Shown here in pieces: positions 1-10,435 of a DNA stretch of 64,000 nt. The stretch is from Carpediemonas membranifera BICM. Lineage: Eukaryota > Protista > Fornicata. How positions within the stretch are numbered: the first letter of the stretch is position 1; each line of letters begins with the position of its first letter. The translations under genes and the position numbers were made by a program. The notes beneath the pieces were generated by a model, which made no database searches, was not told the origin of the DNA, and worked only from the letters and a program-made list of their open reading frames with translations. The stretch is taken from NCBI GenBank assembly GCA_019828565.1, contig JAHDYR010000062.1, positions 359,666 through 423,665 on the forward strand. The letters run 5' to 3'.

Positions 1-579
1 GTTGTCAAACAAGATGGGCAGTGTCGTCGTCGATGACAAGCTCCACTGAGCACTACACGCGACCCAAGACCAGGGCTGTAAAATCTTCATAGTAAAAGAT
101 CGTGGTGGCAAGGCTCGTGGCCCGACCCGGAAGAGCAGAAGAGTTTCGACCGGGGACTTGGCTGGCGGACTCCATTTCCCAGCTGGAATTGTAACGGCAG
201 CGGTTGTGAAATCTTTCACGGCGACTTTGACTCACGTTGACTTGTCGACTTTGGCGGCTCGGACCCTGGGCAGATTGAATGCGTTTGCATCGAAGATGCG
301 CCTTACACAATGTACGTGGGCAAGCAAACCGTCAATTTCCGCTTGGCTATGCAGGGTGGTTAATGATAAGAGATTCATTTCAGACAGCACGCAGTGGGTT
401 GGCCGTCGACAAGTTGGGTTCCATCGATCCTAAGGATTGCAAGTTCCCCACGCAGTGGACAAATTCCCTGATGGTATTCTCGGTCTTTCTCTCTACAACG
501 CGAAGAATCCAGATTGGTTGCCGAGCAGAAATGAAGAATAAATGTGTCCATAAATAAACGCAATTCCTGATCGATTTAA

Positions 580-1903
580 TTAATGGGCGTAGGGGTTGAA
601 GCCGGGCTCCTTGGAGTGGATGAGGTAGTTGCACAGGCCCTCCCCGAGGACCTCGTGGAGGAACTCAGAGGCGTCCAGGATACGGGCGCACTCGGCCAGA
701 GAGGTGGGGAGGAGCTCAATGCCCATCTCCTTGCGCTGCTCGGGGGTCAGCTCAGTCTCGGGGTCGACGTTGCACTCCGGGGGAACGGCGATGTCATCCT
801 CGATGCCCTTGAGGCCAGCGGCGAGCATGACGGCGGCGAGAAGGTGGGGAGAGCCAGAGGCGTCGCCGGCACGGAACTCGCAGCGGGCAGACTCCGGCTT
901 GGAGATAGCGGGGACGCGGACAAGGGCGTTGCGGTTAGAGCCAGCCCACATGCTCCAGACGGGGGCCTCGTGGCCGGGCTTCAGACGGTCAAAAGTCTGC
1001 TCGTCCATGCCAAAGACGGCAGTGATCTCGCGGGCGTACTTGACGAGACCAGCGACGTACTTCTTGCCGAGGGGGGAGAGCTCCTTGGGATGGTCAAAGT
1101 TGGCAAAGAGGTTCTCGCCAGTCTTGAGGTCGTGGAGACGCTGGTGCTGGTGGAGGCCGTTGCCAGCCTTGTCGGAGCCAAGGGGCTTAGGCATGAAGTT
1201 GGCCTCGATGCCCTGCTGGTCAGCGAGGAGACGGATGAGCCACATGGCGGTGCACGTGTCGTCGGCGTTCTTGAGAGCGGGGGTGAGGTTGAGCTCGATC
1301 TCGTTCTGGCCGGCAGCGCACTCGTGGTGGGCGCGGCGGACCTTCATGCCGGCCTCGTCGAGGTGACGGCACACCTGGCGGCGGAGGGGGCCAGCCTTGT
1401 CGTCGGGGGCGACGGAGAGGTAGTGGCCGTCGTCAAGGGGCTCGCCGTTCTTGAGGTAGAACCACTCGAGCTCTGACATGAAGAAGGGCTCGAAGCCCAT
1501 CTTGTGGGCCTTCTCAATCTGCTCGCGGAGGATGGAGCGGACGCAGCCAGAGGCGCGGGTGCCATCGGTGTTGTGGACGTCGCAGAAGACCTTGGTCATG
1601 GGGCCTTCGCCGTCGATGTTGATGGTCTGGAGAGTGCTCTGGTCCGCCATGAGGTGGACGTCAGAGTTGGTGACAGTGGCATAGCCGGGGATGGAGCTGC
1701 CATCAACGCCAAGGCCGTTCTTAAAATTGCCGGGAACCTCACGGACGTGCTCCTCCATGGAGTGGAGCTTGCCGAGGATGTTGGAGCACAGGAACTGGAC
1801 GTAAGGGACGTTCTCAAGCTTCTGGGTAAAAAAGGAGGAGGAGCGGCTCATTTGCAAGTGCCTGAATGCGTACCTTCTGGACTTCAGGGCTCAGTTGGGA
1901 CAT
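580..1903 (-). CDS. glnA: Glutamine synthetase, type I (prokaryote-like); exons 1903-1874 and 1821-580
   Basis: Motifs DGSSI, ELEWF, HHECAAGQNEI, FMPKP..GNGLHQH, RLKPGHEAP, NRNALVRVP, RCEFR; true start MSQLSPEVQK joins the long ORF in frame through a GT-AG intron. Confidence 0.93.
1822..1873 (-). other. Spliceosomal intron (52 nt) in glutamine synthetase
   Basis: GTACGC...TTTACCCAG; removal joins ATG 1903 in frame to the ORF. Confidence 0.8.
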
Positions 1904-2529
1904 AGACGTTGGAATTGAACGATGGAAAGTTCTGCCGCCAGGTTTGACCATTCCTGACTGACTGAATCGGACTTTGAGATCATAAGAAATCAAGCTACAA
2001 GGGCCTTGGTGACCAGGAAATGCACCTGCCTATCACGGATAGCCACACGTTCAGGTGGCCTATCTCCGAGGGGGTTGCCGAGGGGCGTTCCGCCCGGTTG
2101 TTCTCGTTCTTGGGTCGACTCAAATCAATCTACTGAATCTAAAGTGAGTCAGATTCTATTCGTGCCTAGTCTCAATCTAGATGCCAAGAGACCCACAGAT
2201 GCCACTGGATCAGTCCTGATCCGTCTTTGTTTGATTGGTCTGGTGCGAGTCAATTTAAGACTTGATCTGACCCAATCAAACTTCACTCCATTCTTCGTAA
2301 AGGAACACGAATAACCAGACGGAGCATAAAGCGGGAGAGCAGATACCCCTAGCCCCATGCATATCATGTGAACAGCACGGTTTGAACACCGCAGAGCGGG
2401 CGCATAGGGGATTCAGAAGATCGGGGGCCTGCGCACTACATTGGAATGTGGTACGATGGAATGATTCAACTGCTGGCCATTCGCTTCCTGGCCCATTGGT
2501 GACAGAAAAATTTAAGACTTGCTGCTAAT

Positions 2530-5500
2530 TTATGAAACTGGCTTGCCTCTCTTGCCCTTCTTCTTCTCACCCTTCTTCCGCTCGCCCTTCTTCTCGTCCT
2601 CCTCCTGCTCCGCCTTGTTGGGCTCGAACCGATCAAGCTGCTTAAACAACCCGATAACATTCGTAACCATCCCCTGATCGCTCTCCTTTCGAGTGAGCAG
2701 CAGCCTCAGACTCAGATCGAGGTTCTGCGGTGTGATCTCACCAGGCAGCTTAGCCTGCGCCGTTGGCTTGACCATATCGACCGTAGCAGCTCCCACTGGC
2801 CCCTTCAACCCCTTGTCCGGCCGGACCTCAGTCTTGTTAGCCCGGCGCTTGCTTGCCTTGTCTGTCCTGGCGTCGCGGTGGGCCGACTCGAGAATCTCGA
2901 TGACGTAGGCGATGTACGGGTCTCTATACGATTCGAGCTCCTCCTTGGAGTCGAACATACTGAATATCACGCGATATCCCTTGCTCCGGAGCTTCTGGGC
3001 GAGTGCGAGCTTCTCCTGGTAGTAAAAGTGGCTAGTTCTCAGTCGAGGGTCCATGTCGCCCGTGATGTACACGCCATGACCAGGTTTCCTCGCGAGCATC
3101 TCCTCGCTCATCTTTTCAACCATACCGAGGTATACAATATCGTCGATACGGACAGTCATACCGACTCCAAACATGAACGGCTCAGACGCCTTGGTAGAGC
3201 CCCGCTCGGACTTGGACACCGTTGCTACCCATTTGGACAGCTGCGTGGATGGGAAGAAGGAGCGGACAACGGCCATGGAGCTGAGGGCCTCGCACGTAGG
3301 GCGGGCGGGTCGGTTGGGGAACAGCTTGCCCGAGGTGTTGAGCTTGTGGGAGTACTGCCCGCCAATGGCCAAGAGGAGGGCGCTCTTCTTGCCGACCTGG
3401 CCGCTTATAAGGCGCCATACAAGACCAGAGTAGACAGAGAACTCGGGGAACACCGCTGGACTAAAGAGCACTGCCCCGACAGCGAGGTCAGACGCGTGGA
3501 GCAGGGAGGACGTCCCGCGGGTCAAGGAGACAAGCTGGGTGACTCGGATGACAAGGTCGAGGGTGACTTGGGGCATGGCGTCAGCGGTCGACTGGATGAG
3601 AGAAACGACGCGGTCGAGCCATGTGTTAAACTGCGTGGATGCGACGTCTATGCCGCCAGCCTTGTCAGAGGGGAATAGAAGGAGGCGGGCGAGTCCGTAT
3701 GCATTGGCTCCGGCTTCTTTGATAATGAGGTCGCGCGCGGCTTGCATCCGGGACTCATAAGAGAGGGCCGAGGAGCCCCGAGTCATCTTCCGGGCGATGT
3801 CCATGTGGAGGGCGGGGGGCACGCCGCAGAGCGTGAGGATATCGATCAGAATGCCGGAATCACTGAATGCCAGAGTCAGGGAGTTTGCCGGACTAATCCC
3901 GAGGACGGCGTGGTTGGTGGTGATTGCAATTGCCTCGGCCTCCATGACACCCATGCTGGCGAGCATCGTGGGAATGCGGCTGACTGAGTAGTCGAAGGTG
4001 CGTGTCAAGTCGATGCTGCCGAGTCGATACCGCATGATGACCGAGTTGGCAGGGTCGACTGGGCCCTTGCGACCCTTCCCGTCTGTAGTCGTCATCAGGG
4101 CGGTCTGGGTGTTCGGTGTGGGGGGCCGAAGTACGCCGCTGAGCTCGAACCGCCGTATCCAACGGTGGGGCAGGCCTAGCTTTGGATCAGAGTCCAGAAG
4201 GTGCTTGAGCTTCGTGATGTAGCCCGTCGTGAGATCAAAGGGGATCTCTATGGCTCTCCCGCCGTAGTCGATGGCCTTCAGGCTGGGGTTATGGAAGGAG
4301 GCGTCGTGGTCAGTGATATACGTGTATGGGTCCGATGATATGTTAACGGCGTCACCCATCATGTAACCCGTGCGGATGTAGCTCTCGATAAACCCACACG
4401 ACCGAGCCACAGAGTTGTTAAAGGGCGTGGCCTCCTCGACACTTGCCTCTTCGACGACATCGGGCGGCTTGGCGTCGACCAGGGCTTCTGCCATCTGCCT
4501 GCGGAGTGTCGCCCCGTCAACGTCACTCTCAATGAGCTTGCGGAGCTCCTCCAGGCCAGTGTTGCACGATCTGATGCGGGTCGGCTCGAGCTCCTTGTCG
4601 AGCAGCTCCTGGGCGCTGGGCCGATCGTTGGGGTTGGGCTCAGTGAGGTCCATGATGAGCTTGGCGATGCGGGCGTGGGACTTGACAAAGTGCTCGGGCA
4701 GCGTCCGTTTGTCTCCGACCAAGTCAGCTACAATCATACGCTTTTCCATACCCGTGGCGAATGGGTAGAACAACTCTAGGAGCACCACGCCGAGCGCATA
4801 GACGTCGACCTTGGTGGTGTATTGCCCCCGAGACAGCGAGTCGATATCAAGCTCCGGCGCCATGTACAGCAGCGTTCCGATGTTGAGCGTGTGCTCGCCC
4901 ATGTCAGTGTCGTCCCCCCTCATATCCTCGAGACTATTGGCCTTGCTCATCGCCATGACCGTTGTCTGAGTTTGTGAGACGGCCAGACCAAAGTCCCCGA
5001 GCTTGGGGTATTGGTTCTTGTCGAGGAAGATGTTGGCGGGCTTGAGGTCGCGGTGTATGATGCTCTTCGCGTGGATGTGAGCAAGCGCCTCAACGAGCCG
5101 GGCGAAGAGTTGGAACCGCTCTCGGGCTGTCCCGAGTGTGTCGAGGCCGTCGTCCAGGGCAGACCGGAGCGATTGGCCGTCACATAGCTCCATTTGTATG
5201 AACAGAATACGGTCCCCGTTGGGGCTCTGGGCAGCAGAAGCGGGGGCCACTGGACTCTGCGACTCAGACGACGAAGAGCTTGGAGCACAAGGCGTGTGCT
5301 TCCGCCGACCCATGGTTCTCCAGTGTGACGACTCGGACCCGCTCGAGTGGGGTGCGAACAGAGCCTCCTTGTAGACAGGAGAAGTGTAGTCAGGCGCTTG
5401 CAGGAAGTCTTCTTCGGGCACGTCAACGGGCTCGTGGAAAGGGTCGTACGCCCCGGCCCCGTCGAGCTCGGCCTGGAGGTCGTCGAAGGTGATGCCGTCG

Positions 5501-7032
5501 CCGACGCTCATGGCTCCATCCTCGGTGTCGTCATAGTAGTCTTCGGAAGTCTCGTCGTCTTCGCCGGTGTAGTACGAAGGGACACCGGCCATGTCGCCGA
5601 GCACACTCTCGCTGAACGTCGTGGGGCCCTGGAGGTGGGGGGGCAGCACGCTGTGGGTGCTCTCGTCATAGTCGGGGCCGGCAGACCTCACCGTATCCAC
5701 CGCAGCCGGGGACCAGCCGCTAGAGTCTGATTCCGAGTCGCTCTCGAGGCCAGCGTCTCTGCTAAACGTGCTGCCATCGCTCTCCTCGATCCAGGCGGTG
5801 TAGTAGCGGACAATGTACGGGTGGTGGACCGACGCGAGAGTGTTCACCTCATTCAGGAGCTTCTCACGGTCGGGGTCGGCGTCCCGCATGAGGATCTTCT
5901 TAACAGCGTACTCGTGGCCGTCGACAATGTTTTTGGCACGAACGACCTGGCCAAAAGCACCGGCACCAATAACGTTCTCCTGCTCGAAATCAGTCCTGAA
6001 CCGACTCATCAGAGACTGTGTGGCCTGGAGGGCGTCCATGGGTGTCGTCAAGAGTCGCATGATGGCATTCTCATCGACCGGCATCCCAGCGATGTTAATC
6101 CGCGTAGTCCGGTCTGACGAGATCCCAAAGCTGTCTAGGAGCTTGGCCACGATGTTCTGGGGCTCCTTAGCCATAGCCATGACGGATTCACTGAGCAAGT
6201 TGTTTGCTTTGAGGAAGTTAAGTCCGTACATAATCAGGTTCTCGCGGTCAGACTTCGATTTGCTCAGCATTGATGTGGTTCCGAGCATGAGGTGGACCAG
6301 TAGCAGCTGTACACGCATGAATTGGCTCGTAGTCTCGTCTAGTGAGTATGATCCTATCGGGGGCGGCTTGATGCTGGGTACAGAGACGGAGAGGCCGGAC
6401 GGCACGCGGTTGTCGCGGTTGGGGGAGTTCAGGAGGTGGGCTGGGTCACTCTGGTGGGTAGTGTCGGGCTTCTTCAACTCCTCCCAGTCGTCTATCGTCT
6501 TCATCTCCGCGTCGAGCTGCGCCTTGCCACCCACCGGTGTTAGTGGAACGAGCGGGGACTTGGCGATGATGGGGTTGGCTGGCCGTGCCCCCTTGGTGTT
6601 CAGCGCGTCGAACTCCGAGGAGATGGGGGTGAGGCAGATGTCGGAGAATCGGTCCGCGAGGTCATACAGGGCAGAGACAACCCAGTCGCCCAGCATATCG
6701 GCAGAATCCGCGTCAGAAGGCTGCGAGTCGACAATCTCGGTGACTAGCGCGTTGATCTTATCGTTGTGGCCGGGCTCGGTGCCGTGGAGTTCAGCGACAG
6801 AGAAATCGACATGGCAGTTGGCGTATATGAGGATCTGGAGCGTCATAGAGATGTAATGGCGTGTCTTGTTCATTGTATTGCCAATGGATAACTCATCGGA
6901 GATGGAGGCCGGCTTCAATGTCAGATAGGCGCGGAACATCGTATCCGAGTCTGTTTCCACCGTGAAGTTCTCTTCTTCGTATGTAGCTTGAAGTGGCGGT
7001 ATGATGTACTCTGCCACCTCGTTCACAAGCAT
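2530..7032 (-). CDS. GCN2: eIF2-alpha kinase, GCN2-like (N-terminal RWD-like region, kinase with long acidic insert, degenerate HisRS-like C-terminal half)
   Basis: SRFRTDFEQ..IGAGAFGQVV, YAVKKI, HPYIVRYYTAW, LFIQMELC, IIHRDLKPANIF, GDFGLA, GTLLYMAPE; C-terminal AIGGQY/GVGMTV resembles HisRS motif 3. Confidence 0.88.
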   Translation of the reverse strand: MLVNEVAEYIIPPLQATYEEENFTVETDSDTMFRAYLTLKPASISDELSIGNTMNKTRHYISMTLQILIYANCHVDFSVAELHGTEPGHNDKINALVTEIVDSQPSDADSADMLGDWVVSALYDLADRFSDICLTPISSEFDALNTKGARPANPIIAKSPLVPLTPVGGKAQLDAEMKTIDDWEELKKPDTTHQSDPAHLLNSPNRDNRVPSGLSVSVPSIKPPPIGSYSLDETTSQFMRVQLLLVHLMLGTTSMLSKSKSDRENLIMYGLNFLKANNLLSESVMAMAKEPQNIVAKLLDSFGISSDRTTRINIAGMPVDENAIMRLLTTPMDALQATQSLMSRFRTDFEQENVIGAGAFGQVVRAKNIVDGHEYAVKKILMRDADPDREKLLNEVNTLASVHHPYIVRYYTAWIEESDGSTFSRDAGLESDSESDSSGWSPAAVDTVRSAGPDYDESTHSVLPPHLQGPTTFSESVLGDMAGVPSYYTGEDDETSEDYYDDTEDGAMSVGDGITFDDLQAELDGAGAYDPFHEPVDVPEEDFLQAPDYTSPVYKEALFAPHSSGSESSHWRTMGRRKHTPCAPSSSSSESQSPVAPASAAQSPNGDRILFIQMELCDGQSLRSALDDGLDTLGTARERFQLFARLVEALAHIHAKSIIHRDLKPANIFLDKNQYPKLGDFGLAVSQTQTTVMAMSKANSLEDMRGDDTDMGEHTLNIGTLLYMAPELDIDSLSRGQYTTKVDVYALGVVLLELFYPFATGMEKRMIVADLVGDKRTLPEHFVKSHARIAKLIMDLTEPNPNDRPSAQELLDKELEPTRIRSCNTGLEELRKLIESDVDGATLRRQMAEALVDAKPPDVVEEASVEEATPFNNSVARSCGFIESYIRTGYMMGDAVNISSDPYTYITDHDASFHNPSLKAIDYGGRAIEIPFDLTTGYITKLKHLLDSDPKLGLPHRWIRRFELSGVLRPPTPNTQTALMTTTDGKGRKGPVDPANSVIMRYRLGSIDLTRTFDYSVSRIPTMLASMGVMEAEAIAITTNHAVLGISPANSLTLAFSDSGILIDILTLCGVPPALHMDIARKMTRGSSALSYESRMQAARDLIIKEAGANAYGLARLLLFPSDKAGGIDVASTQFNTWLDRVVSLIQSTADAMPQVTLDLVIRVTQLVSLTRGTSSLLHASDLAVGAVLFSPAVFPEFSVYSGLVWRLISGQVGKKSALLLAIGGQYSHKLNTSGKLFPNRPARPTCEALSSMAVVRSFFPSTQLSKWVATVSKSERGSTKASEPFMFGVGMTVRIDDIVYLGMVEKMSEEMLARKPGHGVYITGDMDPRLRTSHFYYQEKLALAQKLRSKGYRVIFSMFDSKEELESYRDPYIAYVIEILESAHRDARTDKASKRRANKTEVRPDKGLKGPVGAATVDMVKPTAQAKLPGEITPQNLDLSLRLLLTRKESDQGMVTNVIGLFKQLDRFEPNKAEQEEDEKKGERKKGEKKKGKRGKPVS

Positions 7033-7282
7033 AATAGTAGTCTAGTTTTCGGTATTCTCGGTGGTGAACGAAGACAGTTACATTTGCCAACATAAATGCC
7101 ATAAATCGCCTGAAAGGACAATCACAGACGATAGCTCCATATGTTACCCACACAAGGCCATTTAATCGCCGCCTAGAGCCCTCCCCGCCATTGATTCTGT
7201 CAAAATCGCATCTGAGGGCGCGCGCAAACCGTCATCCCAAACGTGAATAACAGGCGACATATTTACATGATATACTATTCAT

Positions 7283-9310
7283 CTACTCCATCGTCCAGGC
7301 GATGGCGACCCTGGCAGGCAGGTATGCCGAGAAAAAGTGGGCGGGTGCCCCCTCGTCATGGCTCTCGCAGGGGTGGGTGAAAAAACGCGTTGACTTATCC
7401 ACGCGGTCGTGGCCGCCAGTCTCCTCGCCGTCCGAGTGGACAGCGACGCGGTATGTGCCGGGGGCAAACACGGGGAGGTTGACGCCCTCGTACGACGCTG
7501 TAGGGTGCAGGTTAACCGCAAAGACGACGCCTTTGCGGCACCATGCGATGACCTTCTTGTTGTTATCAGTGAAAGTCACGTACTCCCTATCTGCTAGGAA
7601 GTTGGTTCTGCTCTCGAGTCCGATCAACTCCTTCTCGAAGGCGTACAGATGCTTGTACCGCAGCAGCTTGTCTTGTGCCAGGCCCCACTGTCTGCGGCAG
7701 TACTTGTAGCTCCAGCCGTTGCCGGGGCGGGGGAAGTCGATCCACTCGGGGTGCCCGAACTCGTTGCCCATGAACGTGAGATACGCCTCGCCTCCGAGAC
7801 CGACCGTCAGGAAGCGGATGAGCTTGTGGAGGGCGATGCCGCGGTCGATGATGGGCGTGCGGGGCTGCAGGACGGACATCTTCGTGTACATCTCGGCGTC
7901 CATGAGGCGGAATGCGATGGTCTTGTCGCCCACGAGCGCCTGATCGTGGCACTCGGCGTAGACGACGTACTTCTCCTGCCACCGCCTGTTCTGGAGGGTG
8001 AAGGCGATGCTGCCGAGGTCCCAGTCCTCGTCGCGGGTCTCCTTGAGCAGCTTGATCCACATGTCTGGGACAGCCATCGCCATGCGGTAGTCGAAGCCGA
8101 CGCCGAGGTCACACACGGGAATACACAGCAGCGGCATGCCTGAGACGTCCTCCGCGACGGTGATGGCGGCGGGGTCGTTGGTGTGGATGAGTCTGTTGGC
8201 AAGCATCAGGTATACGAGTGCGTCCGAGTCGACAGTGTCGTTGAAGTACTCATGGTAGCCGCCACTGAAGCCGACGCCGTCACCATGGTGGTGGTAGATC
8301 ATCGAAGTGATCCCGTCAAACCGGAAGCCGTCGATCATGAAGTCGTTCTGCCAGTACGACAAGTTTGAGAGCAGGAAGCGCAGGGTCTCGACATTCTGGT
8401 AGTTGAAGAGGCGGGAGTCCCAGAGAGGGTGGTCTCCCTTGGGAGGGGCGTGGAACAAGTGGTGCGAGGACCCATCCCACTGGTTGAGCCCGTCGAGGAC
8501 GTTCTTGCTGGCGTGGGAATGGACGAGATCCATGAGGACGACGAGTCCGCGGCTGTGGGCGGCGTCGATGAGGTAGCGCAGGTCGTCGGGCGTGCCGTGG
8601 CGGGAGGCGGGGGAGAAGAATGAAGTCACCTGGTAGCCGAAGGAGGCGTAGTACGAGTGCTCCGCGAGGGCCATGACCTGGACGCAGTTATAGCCCAGGT
8701 CGGCGATGTATGGCACCACGTTGTCCGCGAACTCGCGGTAGCTACCCACGCGCTCGGCGTCACAGGCCATGCCGATGTGGACCTCGTAAATGCGGAGGGC
8801 GCCGTCGATCTTCGGCTTGGGGTGCTGGAAGCGGAAGGGCTGTGGCGGGTTCCAGAAGATCGAGTCCATGACAGGGCTCCCGGGGAACTGGCGGGAGGCG
8901 AACGAGTACTGCGGGAGTCTGTCGACCTCCTCGCCACTCTCGGCACGAACGGCGACCTTGACGACGGACTCGTGCGGGATGGGGCAACTGCCATCAGCGT
9001 TGTTGGGGATGAAGACAGTCCATGTGCCGTACTCGTCTTTTGTGGCAGGGAACTCCGTACGGTTCCAGCAATTGAAATCGCCGTAGATGGCAACCTCCTG
9101 GGCACGAGGAGCCCACTCGCGGTACATAACACCGCCAGGAACTACATGGAGGCCATATCTTTGGTAGCTGTTGGCGAAAACGGCGAGGGGATCGTCGGTG
9201 GGATCGTTCTTCAATGTCTGCACTGCAGAATCGATCCTGCCAAGTGTTTGCTTGTACAGTGAAACTCTCCCCTCAATGTGTGGGCGAAATGGCTCAAGAT
9301 AGCGGTCCAT
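7283..9310 (-). CDS. GBE1: 1,4-alpha-glucan (glycogen) branching enzyme, GH13
   Basis: YREWAP, RIYEVHIGM, YASFGYQVT, DLVHSHAS, GFRFDGITSM, AEDVSGMP, AECHDQALVGDKT, FMGNEFGHPEW. Confidence 0.97.
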   Translation of the reverse strand: MDRYLEPFRPHIEGRVSLYKQTLGRIDSAVQTLKNDPTDDPLAVFANSYQRYGLHVVPGGVMYREWAPRAQEVAIYGDFNCWNRTEFPATKDEYGTWTVFIPNNADGSCPIPHESVVKVAVRAESGEEVDRLPQYSFASRQFPGSPVMDSIFWNPPQPFRFQHPKPKIDGALRIYEVHIGMACDAERVGSYREFADNVVPYIADLGYNCVQVMALAEHSYYASFGYQVTSFFSPASRHGTPDDLRYLIDAAHSRGLVVLMDLVHSHASKNVLDGLNQWDGSSHHLFHAPPKGDHPLWDSRLFNYQNVETLRFLLSNLSYWQNDFMIDGFRFDGITSMIYHHHGDGVGFSGGYHEYFNDTVDSDALVYLMLANRLIHTNDPAAITVAEDVSGMPLLCIPVCDLGVGFDYRMAMAVPDMWIKLLKETRDEDWDLGSIAFTLQNRRWQEKYVVYAECHDQALVGDKTIAFRLMDAEMYTKMSVLQPRTPIIDRGIALHKLIRFLTVGLGGEAYLTFMGNEFGHPEWIDFPRPGNGWSYKYCRRQWGLAQDKLLRYKHLYAFEKELIGLESRTNFLADREYVTFTDNNKKVIAWCRKGVVFAVNLHPTASYEGVNLPVFAPGTYRVAVHSDGEETGGHDRVDKSTRFFTHPCESHDEGAPAHFFSAYLPARVAIAWTME

Positions 9311-9963
9311 TTGCTTTTCTTGGATGCGGTGCCTTCGTCGAACGCAAACCGATCTCCATCAGATCTATCATGCAAAATTCATTAAATATTGGATTTTGAG
9401 CCGATAACACATCCATGGAGTCTAGCTTGACCCTGTCGTCGCTCTCGCTGAGCTTGTCTGCGCCGTCTCAACGCCTCGGGTGACCGCGCTTTGGTAGACA
9501 TCATGACATCCGCTTCCCCGCACATCTGAAGCGCGACCTGAGGACAGCCTGCTTCTTTTCGGTCATTCAAAGAGACTTATCGCGCACTGACGTGGTTGAA
9601 GTAGTTTTGCCGGGCATGATATGAAGGTCAAAGTGATCGTTGACACCCATTTCCTGTGAATCGTACATCCAGGCAGGGTCAAAGCCAAGTAATCGACACA
9701 CTCACCAGCATTACGCATTTTCTGACATGCGAATAATTCATTGGACGTTCGAAGTCAGGCACTGCACTGCTTGTCTTGACTTGTGGCGACCAACCCTGCA
9801 TGAACCCCGGTAGCATATATATCCCGTGAAACTCAGTCCTCGCCTTGGATGCGTGTCACCCGTGGTCGCTCGAGCCGGTCTTGCAAAGCATACCGATCGA
9901 ACCGTCATCTTTATGAATCCGTGATCATCCGTTGGTCAGGGTAGAGCAATCGATCTATTGTCC

Positions 9964-10227
9964 CTACTGAGCCCTCTTCGCTGCCTGTGCCTTCCGGTCA
10001 CGCTTCTGAGCGAGCTTTCTCTTGCGTTCCTTCTCTTCCTCAGCGGCCTTCTGTTGCGCCAGCATAGCCTGGAGCATCTCTTCCTTGAAAGGACAGTCGT
10101 TGGGGATCTGGAACTTCTCTGTTGGAGGCCTACGCATCAGCCCAGCGGCCTTGTTGGCCTTTGATCTGTGCTTGCCTTGAGCCTGACCGATTTTGCGCTT
10201 CAGGGTGATGGATTTCTTCTTAGACAT
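9964..10227 (-). CDS. Small basic protein matching only the N-terminal GN3L/Grn1 domain of GNL3/Nug1 (no GTPase domain)
   Basis: K-rich start, IPNDCPFKEEML motif (cf. IPNxxPFKEExL), followed by coiled coil; biased codon usage. Confidence 0.75.
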   Translation of the reverse strand: MSKKKSITLKRKIGQAQGKHRSKANKAAGLMRRPPTEKFQIPNDCPFKEEMLQAMLAQQKAAEEEKERKRKLAQKRDRKAQAAKRAQ

Positions 10228-10435
10228 TCGCTCTGTGTCATGCTAATGGGGTTTACATACTCTTAGCTACCATTGTGTCCCTCCTCGTTCGATGCGATCC
10301 GCGAAACCTAAAACTGCGGCTGTGATGATGGACCAGAGCATCAACTGAATGCACACCCTCAGTGCTCCAAGGCCCCTAGTCTACCACCACTGCTGCGTGA
10401 TGTCGCCCAATATTCAGTGTATGTGCCCAACCCAG

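Noticed and set aside
1-563. Short ORFs at the window start
   Set aside because: No motif or codon signal; a gene running off the edge cannot be supported
583-1476. Long antisense ORFs opposite GS, and similar ones opposite HydG, Cbf5, GCN2, RPL6 and MACPF
   Set aside because: Expected shadow of strong GC3 codon bias; no motifs
1868-1923. Resemblance to the glnA glutamine riboswitch (ATCGTTCA...GAAGT...GAAGGTACGC on the sense strand) overlapping the intron donor
   Set aside because: P1 has a mismatch, no P2 or P3 hairpins can form, and most matching bases are explained by coding and splice-site constraints
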